Of a stretch of 64,000 bases of DNA, positions 25,573-38,179 are shown one piece after another; position 1 is the stretch's first letter; each line of letters opens with the position of its first letter. A program made the translations under genes and the position numbers. This stretch comes from Fistulifera solaris (Eukaryota), in assembly GCA_030295235.1 (NCBI GenBank), contig AP026128.1, positions 992,001-1,056,000 on the forward strand. Direction: 5' to 3'. The notes under the pieces are model-generated. The model had not been told where the DNA came from. It made no database searches and saw only the letters and a program-made list of their open reading frames with translations.

Positions 25573-26185
25573 GATGAGTCGTCGTTACCTCGGAGGCGCG
25601 CTTGCTGTATTGTCGATAGGAACACAGCGACTACAGCAGCCCTTGTCCTCTGATCAAAGATATTACTCCGGACTAATGGTGGAAACAAAGGGATGAAAAC
25701 GACGCGCGATCGAGGGAACGCATCGAAGACGCCAAAATGCCACATCGATGACCTTTTCTCGTCCGTTAATCAATATCTATGTACGAACCAACTTCTTGGA
25801 CGTAACCTGTACTCAATGTATGAGCGCTCATGGGATTTAGGTACCGGATAGATCTGACACTACCACATTAAGCATTAGGACGTAGTACGTAGTACGTAGT
25901 AGTCTTTTTCTTGGTCTTTTCGCACCAGAAAAAGGATTTACGGCCTATTTTAGGCTTATTTTACCAAGTCACAAAGAAGATCTTTGCTACAATAGAGAAC
26001 ACACATGGAACAGGAACCGGCATCCGATTGGCATTCACTATGGCCCCCGATGTAAGTTTCTGCCACGTTGCGTTCGTCGATCGACCATTTTTTCTTTCGT
26101 CCACCTTTCACGACAACAACAAGACAACACAAATTCATGCAAACTTCGAGCTAAAGCGTTTGCATTGTCACGACAGCCAAGAATC

Positions 26186-27695
26186 ATGCTTTCTTCTACC
26201 GAAGAACGGATAGCTCGACGTAGGGCCCAGGATCGCATTCCGACAACACTGCAAGCAGTTTTCCTGGCGAGCAATCGAGGCCATGAAGTGAAGTTGGCTC
26301 CTCCGGACAAGGTTGCTTCAAAAGAATACTTTCAGAACAATGTGTTTCTTAGTTCAGCCGCGAAGAAGTTAAATACAACGAGGAATGTCTTTGGAGTTGT
26401 CGATAGGAAAGCCATGATATCCTCACGGCAAAACAATGGGAGAACATTCCAACGAAGCAACGGAAAAATTCAAAGATCGCTTCCTGTCAGCCTGTTCAGT
26501 CCCAATCCGCATAAAGCATCTACTGCAAAATGCCAAATCGAACCGAATATTCCTGCACAAATAACAATAAAAGAGAAAGTATCTCCCAGACGCACGAAAC
26601 CGAGTTCTCCAAAGAGGATTGCGAAAACATCCATTAGCTTGCAACCCTTGCCAGCCGAGGATTGTGTGAGGGTAAGTTTGGGTGTAGAGTTACGATAATT
26701 TCGTTTCGGTAACTCACGTTTTCTTATGAATAAATTATTTCAGAGCATAGCTATCTCCCCGCATGAGTTCTTAGTGCAAAAGTTGGAAGAACGCGGGTAT
26801 TGCACACACATTCAATACACTCGATACGGCATATTACATCAAACCAACACCTTTACAACTCGCCAGTTACGATGTGTACTTAATTGGACAAGTCCGTGCT
26901 CACCAACCAGAAGGTCTTTTGGAAATGATTCAGTGTGGTCTGTCACCCAATCCTTGTAACCGTTACGGCGAATCCTTGGTGCATACCGTTTCACGTTTTG
27001 GTAACCATGTCCTTCTCAAAGTATTGCTCGATCAGGGATGTACTGTTCAAGTCTCGGATGATTACGGGCGAACCCCTTTGCATGATGGTGCGTATGATTA
27101 TGTCAAAAGGACTTTGAAACAGTATTATTTGCTAACCTTCACTACAGCGTTCTGGACGGCTAGACCATCATTTGATACGGTGGGGTTACTTTTGCAGCAA
27201 GATCCTCACTTGCTGTTTTTGATGGATACCCGCGGTAACGTGCCCCTTGATTATGTTCGAAAGGAAGATTGGGAAACGTGGATTCACTTTTTTCGAGACC
27301 GTCTCGATGTGTACTGGGCAATACCAGGAGACCCCGAACCATCACCACTCATGACGAAGTCGGTAGTGCGGTTACCCCTTGCCGATCCCGAAAATGCACT
27401 TCCTATAGATGTCGCAAAGCTTGTTGCCTCAGGGCGTGTCCAGCCAGGAGAAGCACTTCTGTTAGTTGCAAATTTGGACAATGAATCGGATTGTTCGCAG
27501 AGCGACGACGATGACTCGAGCTCGTACGAGGATGATCTTTCAGACGATATCAGCTCAGTAGACGGCAGCGTGTCTGAAACAGATGTGGACGATGACGATT
27601 CGTTCGCAGAATATAAAGAGGTGATTACCACCTTGCGTGCAAGCGTTATGAATTTACGCATGTCAACCACCTCATCCAAAGCAACGTGCGTATAA
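26186..27695 (+). CDS. Ankyrin-repeat protein
   Basis: NRYGESLVH, DDYGRTPLHDAFW and DTRGNVPLDY. Introns 26672-26743 and 27088-27147. Frameshift near 26815. Confidence 0.85.
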
Positions 27696-27773
27696 ATGCA
27701 TAAAAAGAACTTTAGTGACACTGATTTTTTGTCTTTATGAATGCTATTATTTTATTGCTAATTTGACTGTTAT

Positions 27774-29090
27774 CTACGGAAAGAGCACTTTGCGAAAGCC
27801 ATACATTAGTTTCTTCACACCAAGGTCGGCTTCCCGATCAGAATAATTCGTGACACTATCGTCTTCCGAAGTTTTGATATAAACAAAAACATTATCATCT
27901 TGATCGCGACTGATGCGGAGACTCTTATCCAAGTATGTTGTTCTGAAGATTGGTTTCGGTGTCTTGTAGGATGGAATGACCCGTTCTAGCTTGTTAGCCA
28001 GTCGTCGCGAATACAGCTTCGAGCTATCTTGATCCAAAAGGAGCCGTAAAATGGGCAAGTTGGACCCCTTCACCTCAACCGTGTCCATGAACAGTTCCAT
28101 TGCGGTAGAATTTTCAACTGGTACCCAATCCGCACTACTGACCAAAGCACCTTCAATCGATAAGGGCAGACCTCCGGAGTATCCTTTCTTGGCCCCAATG
28201 AACGGCACTGCACCGGCGGAGACCTCAAATTCGGAAACAATTCGTCCTGATTTTGTAATAATTTGTCGGACGGCTTGAATGCTACTAATCGCCAATGCCT
28301 GCCGATGCATGTCACAGAACCAGTTGTACCGATCACGGTCAATATCTGTCTTGCAGACCGCACGTCCCGCCATGAAGAAAGGGCTACTGCGAAACAGTTG
28401 TGTGCTGCAATACAGCAGTTCCCAACGTCCGTAGATGTGATCGGAAGTGATGGGTCGCTCGGTGGGATTGGCAGCTTCCAAGGCTCGAATCGTTTTCGAT
28501 GCCGCTTGTATCTGCACTTTTGTCGCAAACTCCCCGCGTCCTGTAATGGCGCCGAGTGATTGAAGAAAGGAAATGTTGTCTGCTGCCTTTTGTTTGTCGT
28601 CTTCTTCGTTCGTATCATGCTTTGTATCGTTTATCTGGGGCAATTCCTCAGTTTTGGTTTCGTTCTCACTTTTCGTGTTGTTCTCACTCTTCGTGTTGTT
28701 GTTACTTGATGTTTCCTCTTCGAGTGCAGCGTCCGGTTCCTCGACTGACTCGAAATCAATTGCACTGACTTCTTCTTCGTTCATTCCCTTCACTTCTTCT
28801 TGTTTGGTTTCATCTCGTTGTTTTAGTTCATCACTCGTCGTAGATCCCTCCGCAACTTCATCGGGCAAGGCTACCGGATCAAATTCCGCATTCCGAGGCA
28901 CTTGCTCCATTTTGGCGTCCACAATTTCAGATTTCTCTTCCGCACTCATGTCTCCATTCGCTTCTTTGTCATCCGCTTCGCTACTCTGAAATACAATCAT
29001 GCTGGGTCTTTGCATCGATCGCATCAAAGGTACAAATGCGTCCGTGCCGAGCAACAAGCTGGATGCTATTAAGAGAACTCTTGTCTTCAT
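27774..29090 (-). CDS. Plastid lipid-associated protein/fibrillin (PAP_fibrillin)
   Basis: Signal peptide ending TDA-FVP (ASAFAP-like), LEAANPT, GRWELLY and TTYLDKSLRISRD. Confidence 0.88.
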   Translation of the reverse strand: MKTRVLLIASSLLLGTDAFVPLMRSMQRPSMIVFQSSEADDKEANGDMSAEEKSEIVDAKMEQVPRNAEFDPVALPDEVAEGSTTSDELKQRDETKQEEVKGMNEEEVSAIDFESVEEPDAALEEETSSNNNTKSENNTKSENETKTEELPQINDTKHDTNEEDDKQKAADNISFLQSLGAITGRGEFATKVQIQAASKTIRALEAANPTERPITSDHIYGRWELLYCSTQLFRSSPFFMAGRAVCKTDIDRDRYNWFCDMHRQALAISSIQAVRQIITKSGRIVSEFEVSAGAVPFIGAKKGYSGGLPLSIEGALVSSADWVPVENSTAMELFMDTVEVKGSNLPILRLLLDQDSSKLYSRRLANKLERVIPSYKTPKPIFRTTYLDKSLRISRDQDDNVFVYIKTSEDDSVTNYSDREADLGVKKLMYGFRKVLFP

Positions 29091-29629
29091 TTCGCTTCGT
29101 TTGTGATAAAAGGGGAACCTCTTAAATTGATATGATGTTGCGTTGCAATGGAAGCAATACTTGTAGTTGTAAGAATCGACGTTTCGATCGATAGCAACAA
29201 TGCTTCGAATGAGAAAACAAATGGAGAATGGAGAGAAACGAAAAAGTGTGCGAATGACGCAGAAAGTTCGCTCGTTTTTTTTTTGGGAGACTTCCGTTAG
29301 GTCTCCAACCAGGGTGAACCTCTTCCGATAGCTCTCCCGTTAGGAGAGACGTTAACTGACTACATTCAACTTTACAGTAGAGTACGCGCCATTGGATGTG
29401 GTACTAATTACTTAAAGGCCTTCCATCCATCATTAGTTCTACTTAGGTCACGCACAATAACCGCACAATCGTTCGCGTTGTGCGTTTGTTCCGTTCCGAC
29501 TGCCGACAAGATGATCAGAACGCTGCATTCCTTATTGTCATAGTTGCCCTTCCGTTCCTACTGTTGCTCTTTTACAACATTAACATGTCGATCATTGAAG
29601 CGAAGGGCGGCGATCATTAATCCGCGATT

Positions 29630-31760
29630 ATGCAAAAATATGGGGCACTTCCTCCAACCGGTCCGTATGATTTTGAAAAGTTTCTCTATGACAAACCGAT
29701 CCCTGAGGATGATCACGAGGAGCTTCTCCGCAGCATCGCTTTTGTGCGATCGAAAGCTCTTCACGAGATGTCAGCAAGCACGGAGAAAGCCCTTGCTACG
29801 TGTGCACTTGCTGCAAAACGTTCTCACTTAAGTTCAAGGAAGAAAACGGCGAACTTCGATTGCTACACGACCATCCTAGTACTAACTTCAGGCACAGTTT
29901 GTTTTGCACTCCAACAAACGACCTCCCAAAGGACTGCCGCAGAAAATCAATGATAGTGCAGAACATTCCTGCTGTTCAAGACTTCTTCAAAACATGCTTC
30001 CAGGCACCAAACTTCGACAGTCATGCTACTCGCAAGAATCTCAACGCCGTCCTCAGGAAAGAGGGTTTCGACATCGAAGTTGGCCCGACAATGCATTCAA
30101 ATCTCAAGAAACACTTCCGTGAGGTCTACCGAAAGGATTTGTTGATGTACAATGAGCTGTTGGCCCAGTATCTTCGGAAATATGTCGAGCTAAATCCAAA
30201 TGCCTCCGTCAATTTAGAAACTGACCAGAACTCATGCTTTTTTCGGTCAACTGTGTTCATTGAGAATGCCGCGCACTTCTTTAGAAATGCCTGCATTCCT
30301 GCAATCTTTTAGACGGAACACACATCCGTATACCCGAACACGATGGAATTGGAGTCCCGATCATAGGGGTCGATGGAAATGGAAGTAACATTCCACTTGG
30401 TTTTGGGTTGATTCCCTCGGAAAACAAGCAAGGGATGATATATATCCTTCTCATGATGTATCAAGCTGGGTTCAATTTGAAGAGTTTCCAGTATTCACTG
30501 ACCGAGGACACATTCTACCGCTGTCCGAGCGTTGGCAGAACATTATGGACTGGTTGTTTCCGTGAAGTATTGCTTGATTCATATTCTTGAAACATTTACC
30601 ATCTATTCAATATCAATCAACGATCGCTGAGAGGGCAGAGCGGTCGCTTGGTTTATGCGCGAGATGCAAAGCGCTCCAGATGTTAACGCCTTCTTGGATG
30701 CTGCGAAGAAGCTTGTCAAAGCGCTTCCACAAATTGAAGAAAACGAAACTCTTAGTACCGGTGCAGCGAATTGTTATCTATGTTCTTGGGACAATTCATC
30801 CTACTCATTGGACTGTGTTTGGAAATACACCGAGTCAACATGAATCTATGTGGGAGCCCCTATATTTTACCTATCTAGCTGAAGTGAATGGCTTCACAGA
30901 GATAAGTGGAGACGTCGGCGAATGGAGGTGGTTGCTCAACGATCACGTGCCAGTTGGAAACAAGTTCCCTTTATATGGTTTCTGTTCAACAAATCATGTC
31001 GAATCGGCCCAGCAGTGGCTTCTACATCATGAAGTGAGGACTAATACCCCTCCACTAGCCATTTCTAACTTTTTGATGGCGGCTGCCGAATCTCTTCGAC
31101 AATTTCGAGATGAAATAACAACCAAATCTGCTAGGTTCCTCACCATATACTTTCGAAGCTTGCAAGATACAGGCAATGAAGATCTAGATTTTGTAATAGA
31201 GGATGCTGAAGGATGCCCGATGGCAGTTTGAAATTCAAATTGTACGGCTGAAAAGCACAAGAAGACGGAGTATGTTACTTATGAACCCACGAGCACTCCG
31301 TCCCTGTACTGCTCCTGCAGTAGAACAGCGATGCGGGAAATCTACTGCGGCCACATCAACCTTGTTTCACGTACAAGATCCTCAACTTGGCCCTCAATCC
31401 CACCCTCTGTGTTTTCGCGAATTCTACGAAGAGTTTGGAAAAGTTCCGACAAGTGGTGATCGTCAGCTTCCTTACAGAGTTTCTTAACAACTATCCAGCG
31501 ACTTGACGTCCCGGGATTTGGGGATATCAAGCTTGCTTATCAATCAGAAAACATTTATCCATCACCAACTTACACTGACAAGCTTAACTCGGGGAACAGA
31601 ATAATCAGTAATGGTGAACCGGGACCACGTAAGTCAAAGAAAAAGAAGCAATCGGCGCTGGAATCAGCACGAATGACAAAGGAGTATGAGCCAAGTTCAA
31701 AGAACAAGCTCAGTCGAAATAACGATGCAATAGCAGAAGCGATTGCCGCCCGATGGTCTG
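29630..31760 (+). CDS. MULE DDE transposase with SWIM zinc finger (frameshifted)
   Basis: Across frames: IF(L)DGTH, GVDGNGSNIPLGFGLIPSEN, PVFTDRG, YCLIH, STNHVES and YCSCSRTAMREIYCGH. Confidence 0.8.
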
Positions 31761-33899
31761 TTTGATTTTGGGACCAAACCAAAGGCGGAACACATGCAAC
31801 AGCTAGAATCAACTCTTGGACGCTAGCGTAGAGACGGCAAGCCCTTACCTCGGCACTGCTTTCACTGCAGATCACCGAATCACACAATTCGACAGTGTCT
31901 GGACTACCTCAAAGATGATCGAAGGTACATGGATCCTGCATTACTTGAAACTGGCGCAATTCTGGTCAACCATTTCCCAACATGCGTCATTGACATGGAT
32001 GCAGGAATTACTTCTGAAGATTTGGACAACGATGATACCTCCGGGAGGACATGGCCTTCACAATATTGACAAGATTGGCTTAGTAGAAGACTCTGATGCA
32101 GCCAATGCCATTGTCCAGTCACGGATTTTAAAGCTTACTGGAGAAGACGCTGCAGAAATTCACGCTGAAGACGACAACGAAAATAACTATCTTCTGGATA
32201 TGGACCTTGCTCCGTCAGGTAGTAACCGAGATATTGTAGTAATTATTCGTGACAAGGATTACACGGAAAGAAGAAGTCACGAACAAGAATTGACCATGGT
32301 TGATGATGTCGAGGTAGGCATCCATGACGATTCCCGTCTGAACAGTGCACACTCGGGTCATCTGTCGACAATTCTAGAGGATGAAGATGTGGAACCAAGC
32401 ACCGCACATAATGCTTTTGCCTCAAGTCCCGCAACAACAGAATATTCAGTAAATGAAATGCCAACAACTAGAACAAAGAGGAGATCCAAACAAGTAACGA
32501 ATTTAAAAGCGCAGAAGGCAAGTCCATCTACCGCAAAGTCATCGATATTGAAGACAGCGACCGCATCCAGACCGAATTTGAAACCACCGCCGACCACAAC
32601 AGCTTGTGCTTCCAGTCCAGCAACAACAGATTTTTCATTAGTCAAAATGGCAACGAGAAAGAGGAAAACGGCCGAAACAGCCACCAAATCAAAAAGCTGA
32701 AGGAACAAGTCCCGCCACAACTGATTCGTCAATCTTTGAGAGGCCGACCATGAAGAGTCAAAATCTGAAGCCACCACCTGATATCAGAGCTCATGCCTTG
32801 ACTATCGAAGTCTTCAATGAATGAGAATACAACACAAAAAAGGAAAAGATCGAAACTGACAGCAAATTCCAGAGCCAAAGGCCCGACTCATGCCCGTAAA
32901 AAAGAAGTTGAAACCGCCACCGATTGCAGAAGCAAAAGCAGGAAGTCCCGCCACAGCAGTTTCTTCCATAGTTGAGATGCCAACTATGAAGAGGGGTAAT
33001 CTGAGAGCACTGCCAAGATCTCATTCGAAACAGTCCAACAACCGAAGTATCACGATTCCTGAAGATATGATTATAAAGATACCGAAGACAGAACCCACTA
33101 ATGCAAGTCCCGCCACGTCTGCTAGTGACGATTCATCACATGTATTTAAAAGGCGATTAGACATCCAAAAGAAGAATGCAAGTCCCGCCAAATCCGGTAA
33201 TCTCAGTGACGATTCGTCGCATTTCCTGAAAATGCCGCTAGATCTGCGAAGAAAGAACTTGGCACAAAATGAAGCGCTCTCAAGTTCATTTTCAGTGGGT
33301 ATTCCGAAAACCAGAAGAACTCGTAGAGCTATAACAAGTCCCGCTACTGCCACTAGTGGGACCTCATCACAATTCTTGAGAACACCCTTCGACCTGAGAC
33401 GGTAAGATTGTAGATCCCAGAAATGAAAATCAATTTTCATTACGTCGACAACAAGTAAGGCAAATTGGAGTAGCCCCTTTGCAACCCCCAGTCATTACTG
33501 ATGAACCATCAAAGATCGTATCCTATTTTTACGACACAGCTTATCCATTTGTGGGAACCATTGAGCAATTAAATTGTTTGGTTCAAGAACACGAGTTTGA
33601 TATTCCAGAATCATTTACGGAAAACGGAAACAAATGATTTAACGATGAAAAGAAGGGCTTCAACCCGAAAACGCAAGGCGCTAAAACCAGCGAGGACTTG
33701 TGAGTGAGAACAATATTGCAATCCACGTGCGCTGAATACTCTTGCAGAGACAGCAAAAGGAAAGAAGTGGAATAGAATCATTTATCACTGTAGGGACAAG
33801 AAAGAATGGAAACGATCTGATTTACAACAAAGAAGATGCCAGGGGATCTCTTCGGTCACTCCTTTTTGCAATCCAGTGCAAAGGGCGTTGATAAAGGTC

Positions 33900-34649
33900 G
33901 TGAGTCGTCACGACCTGAAGAGGGAAAGAAGCATCATATCAAGGTGCTAGTGGTGCCACGGCATCCATAACCAGTGAATGCCTTGAAATTATGAACTCGC
34001 AATGTTATTTCAATGACGCGATTGTGAACAGTTTCCTTGAAAGCATAACAAGCAAGACCGTGAACGGATGAGGGAGTTATTGCACACCCGTCGTATGTCA
34101 TGAGTAATCTGTGGGATTCCGCCAACCAAAATATTAAGAGAGAGGGTAGACTGCAGCTTAGTTCAGCGTTTGTGGCATTGAATTCTATGACAAAATCGAA
34201 CAATTTGGGCATTCATTTATTCCCTATGTGCAAGGAGAGGCACTGGTGGTTGATGGTGGTTGATGCCGATAATCGAGTTATTTATTCGCTCGACTCCCTC
34301 GAAGATCCGGACGATCACTACTCTAATGCTGTCTGGCTTTCAGGTTTATTTAAATTCGCGTGCGGTGAGGCAGCAATTAGAATGCGCGTCAACAAGCGAG
34401 CAGCAGGAATCAACATTACCCGATTTCGCTCCGTGGGAATACCAAGAAATGCGTCTTCCCAATAAACTATTGCAACATGATGGCCATAGTTGCGGACCAT
34501 ATGTATGTTTTTATGCGGCGACAATTCTGAAACATGGTCGACGTGCCCTCAATGAGAGGACATGGTTCCTTGACTCTATTTCGGAGATTGGAGTCGGAGA
34601 TGATCTCCGACCTTTTGTATTTGATGTTATGTTTCAATTGGCTGAATGA
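33900..34649 (+). CDS. Ulp1/SENP (peptidase C48) SUMO-protease-like domain inside the MULE
   Basis: HWWLMVVD...IYSLDSL and QHDGHSCGPYVC give His/Asp/Gln/Cys residues. Frameshift near 34400. Start unresolved. Confidence 0.85.
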
Positions 34650-35805
34650 CACGTATAGAGTAATGTGTGATATTAATCAACCAAGTCTAGTTTGAAACTG
34701 AAATTGTGTAGATTGGGTTTTGATTATTTACACGAAGTAGTTTTCGACGAAAGCCTTGATCGGTGGAAGGTCACGTAGGCTGGGTTTTTCTTTATTGGAA
34801 GGTCGCGCTCGCTGCATCAGGGTCACGTGAGGCTGGTTTTTCTTTATTGACAATTGAGAGCGGTCGCGCTCGCTGACTTTTCTTTATCAAGAGCGGTCGC
34901 GCTCGCTGACTATTGTTTATTGAGGATTTGGTTATCTTAGAGGGGTGATTCATGAATCATCCGGGACTGTCATTCATAAGGCTTTGTTACTTTATCGAGC
35001 AACCTAAGTAGATTCTAAGTAATTAGTACCACATCCAATGGCGCGTACTCTACTGTAAAGTTGAATGTAGTCAGTTAACGTCTCTCCTAACGGGAGAGCT
35101 ATCGGAAGAGGTTCACCCTGGTTGGAGACCTAACGGAAGTCTCCCTTTTTTTTTTTTGAGAAAAAGTCACATCATTATTTACAGTGGCCTCAAATGTAAA
35201 CAGACCACGATTGAATTGCAGTCGTGAGATAAAAACCGAATGCTTTCTTGTTCGTCCAATCACATCGAGAAAGGCACAATCCACCTCTAGCAATCATTTC
35301 AAGAGAGAAGAACTCAACCCAGCTAAAAAATTAGAAATGCACACTCGCCACTCCCATCATTCGGAAATGAGACGGAAACAAAAACAATGAGATCTACGTG
35401 GCCACAACTTTGAGAACAAAGCGAAGCGTCGTGCAGATGCTGATAAAGAAAATAACTAATTATTTGACCAGTTTGCTTCCAAGAAACACAAAGTGATTTT
35501 CGCTTGTCGTGGACCACTTGATCGTTCACAACAACAAGAATCCTTTCGAAACAACACAGAATATGAAATCACTATGGCTCAAAGTGTAACCTGGTATTCG
35601 TTTTTCGCTGTGACTGCGTCTCAGTCATGAGTTATGAGGAGTCATGAATGACAATGACAAAAAACGGCAAAAAGACATTTTTCTTCGCAGTTCAAGTCAA
35701 GGTCATTCATTGATCATTATTGTTGTTTAAATTTCTCATTTATCATTTGTTTACCAGTAATTTATCATGTTTGAAATGAATAGAAATCGATAATCACGCA
35801 AGAGA

Positions 35806-37167
35806 ATGGACGCATCTGTGAATACATCGATCGAAGCGAATGCGGTTCGCCCACCGAAACGATACGGCAGTCGTCTCTTTCTCAGTGTCTTTATGATTTT
35901 GTTGATGGCGGGTACTATGCAGATTGTGTTATATACGGCTCCGACGTTCGAACCGCAACATCAAAAGGATCAAATGATCGATCCGATGGGCTGGAAAGTT
36001 CCCACAAAACGCCCCACAATCATCAACGCAACAATGACACTACAAATCGAAACTGAGCCACCCGAACAGAATGAAGCACTGGATCTACAATTACTCGTAC
36101 AAGACACAATACGTCGCAATCCGCTGATTGAACTGCTCGAAGAAGCCAAATTGATTCGACCGGAAGATGTCAAACAACATTTAGATACGTTGAATAATCC
36201 GAATGCCACCACGGTGGTCATTGATGGTCTCACATTACCGACGTGGCCTCTCTTGCAATCACTCTATGGTAAAATGGAAGAGCCCATTGTATTGGGAATG
36301 GAGCGATGTCAAACGTACCGTGACAATGTTTTACCCAAGCAGCGTTACACGGCCGTGGCGGGCATGTTCAATACGGGCACCAACGCGATGGAACATCATT
36401 TAAAACACAATTTAGTGCAAATGCGGAGTACTTGGCAAGTTCCGTGGGGAAAGCATCGTATGCCCTTTGTGCGATTGTCACACAAAGCCAATGGTTTAGA
36501 AAAAGAGGATCAAACGAAAGTTATGCCCGTGGTGATGATCCGTGATCCCTTTCATTGGATGCAAAGTATGGTGCGTGATCGACGAAACGATAAACTGTCG
36601 TTACTGCCTATCGCGACGCCATTTTTCTCACTTTCTATTGAATTAAAACAGTGCAAGATGCCGTATGCGACTCACTGGAAACATACCAAAAAGCATTGCC
36701 CAAATCTAATTCCCAATGAACTCGATTATCAACGGTTCGGTCGACAGGAACCCACCTTTCGCAACGGAACAGCTGCCATTAAAGTCATCTTCAGTGAGGT
36801 ACAAATATTTCATTGGGAGTCACTGGTGGATCTGTACAGTGATTACTATCGTCAGTATCTGGATGCCGATTATCCGCGATTGATCGTGCGCTTTGAGGAT
36901 ATGTTGCTACAACCCCGGCGGGTGTTGGCGCAAGTCGCCGAATGCGTCGGGACCACGGTCGCCGAGCAGTGGAAATACCAAACGGAAAGTAGCAAAGGAC
37001 ACGGGAGTCATACGACATTTGCGGCGGCTATCACCAAGACAGGGGATGCCCAACGGCGCGTGGCGGGTATGACGGAGGAAGACTTGGCGTACGCGACGGG
37101 ACATCTCGATCCAGAAGTGATGGAACGATTTCAATACCAGATTCCGAAGCAACTCTCTGACACATGA
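35806..37167 (+). CDS. Type II membrane sulfotransferase-like (P-loop) protein
   Basis: N-terminal TM, GMFNTGTN, VMIRDPFHWMQS and VRFEDML. Probable in-frame intron 36571-36651. Confidence 0.72.
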   Translation: MDASVNTSIEANAVRPPKRYGSRLFLSVFMILLMAGTMQIVLYTAPTFEPQHQKDQMIDPMGWKVPTKRPTIINATMTLQIETEPPEQNEALDLQLLVQDTIRRNPLIELLEEAKLIRPEDVKQHLDTLNNPNATTVVIDGLTLPTWPLLQSLYGKMEEPIVLGMERCQTYRDNVLPKQRYTAVAGMFNTGTNAMEHHLKHNLVQMRSTWQVPWGKHRMPFVRLSHKANGLEKEDQTKVMPVVMIRDPFHWMQSMVRDRRNDKLSLLPIATPFFSLSIELKQCKMPYATHWKHTKKHCPNLIPNELDYQRFGRQEPTFRNGTAAIKVIFSEVQIFHWESLVDLYSDYYRQYLDADYPRLIVRFEDMLLQPRRVLAQVAECVGTTVAEQWKYQTESSKGHGSHTTFAAAITKTGDAQRRVAGMTEEDLAYATGHLDPEVMERFQYQIPKQLSDT

Positions 37168-38179
37168 TTTCTATTTTATTTTGTTCTCTAGCATCGTCGC
37201 ATTGCGGAGTCTGAGTGCCACTAACGAGACTATAGCTATAGCTAACAAACGCTGCTAGCATTGTGATGTGTGGGTGTTTGATGTTTTCTGATGAATCATC
37301 TTTGTTCAACATGTACCACTTGAAACACACTTGGTATGTGTGACGAATGATGAATGCCGACAGTTCGCTTAGCTACTTGTACCAGTTGCAACAGAAAAAA
37401 CAAGGAAATTTGCATGAGAGGCAAAGAAGTCTGGAACTCTTTTGGAAATTTTGTACCTTGGTTAACAAAAGTTACAAAAGCACTTTTAGGCTTACGGCAC
37501 CCTAGCTTTGTAGATGACGTTGGTCGTGCGTCATCCCTCATTTCCGTGAAGCTGTCGTCAGCCATTCACAAGAAGAGAAGCGAAGTTTTTGGTTGAGGTG
37601 ATGCGTACGTCATACTATCCCATCGCCATTCCGCCGATTGCAGTTGCGTTTCTTTGGACTTCTTGAGAGTCCAGTACAATCAAAGCTTATAGTTCTACTA
37701 GATGCTCCAAACACTGTGGCGCACATCGCCTCGGAGCGTTACTCAGACGTTGTTCCAAAATGCCGTTGTACTCTTATCTGCACAGTGAATCAGAAGTGAA
37801 TCTCCTCAATTTCGCCAATTAAACAAACATATGCCATTTTATGGAGGAATGGTCTTAGTATCACGTTTTACGTATATCTCTCATGAATCTCTTTCTCCAT
37901 TCCTGTACATTTATGTAGAATCAACGTATTGCTAAACTTCCGACCCGGTATAAATTTATCGACCAAAGCCACCCCTCCTGTTCTACCGTTAACTGCCTCA
38001 ATTACACAAAGGAGTGTTGACTCATTACCCGTTTCTTCGAAACTTCTGATTTCGCTCGAGAAGAGAAAAACGATCATTTCATTTTTACGTGTATTTGTTT
38101 CTTCTCGGTCGACAATCCTTTCATCGTTTTGAAAGGACTTGTTGTATTTGTTGGGAATTGACACTGTGAATCCTTCATC

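Larger units (their letters stand above)
29285..35145 (+). mobile_element. Mutator-like (MULE) DNA transposon with transposase, SWIM finger and Ulp1-like protease
   Basis: 130-bp TIRs (29285-29414 and 35016-35145) starting GGGAGAC. Both flanks are T runs (10 and 12 nt), consistent with a 9-10-bp TSD. Confidence 0.93.
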
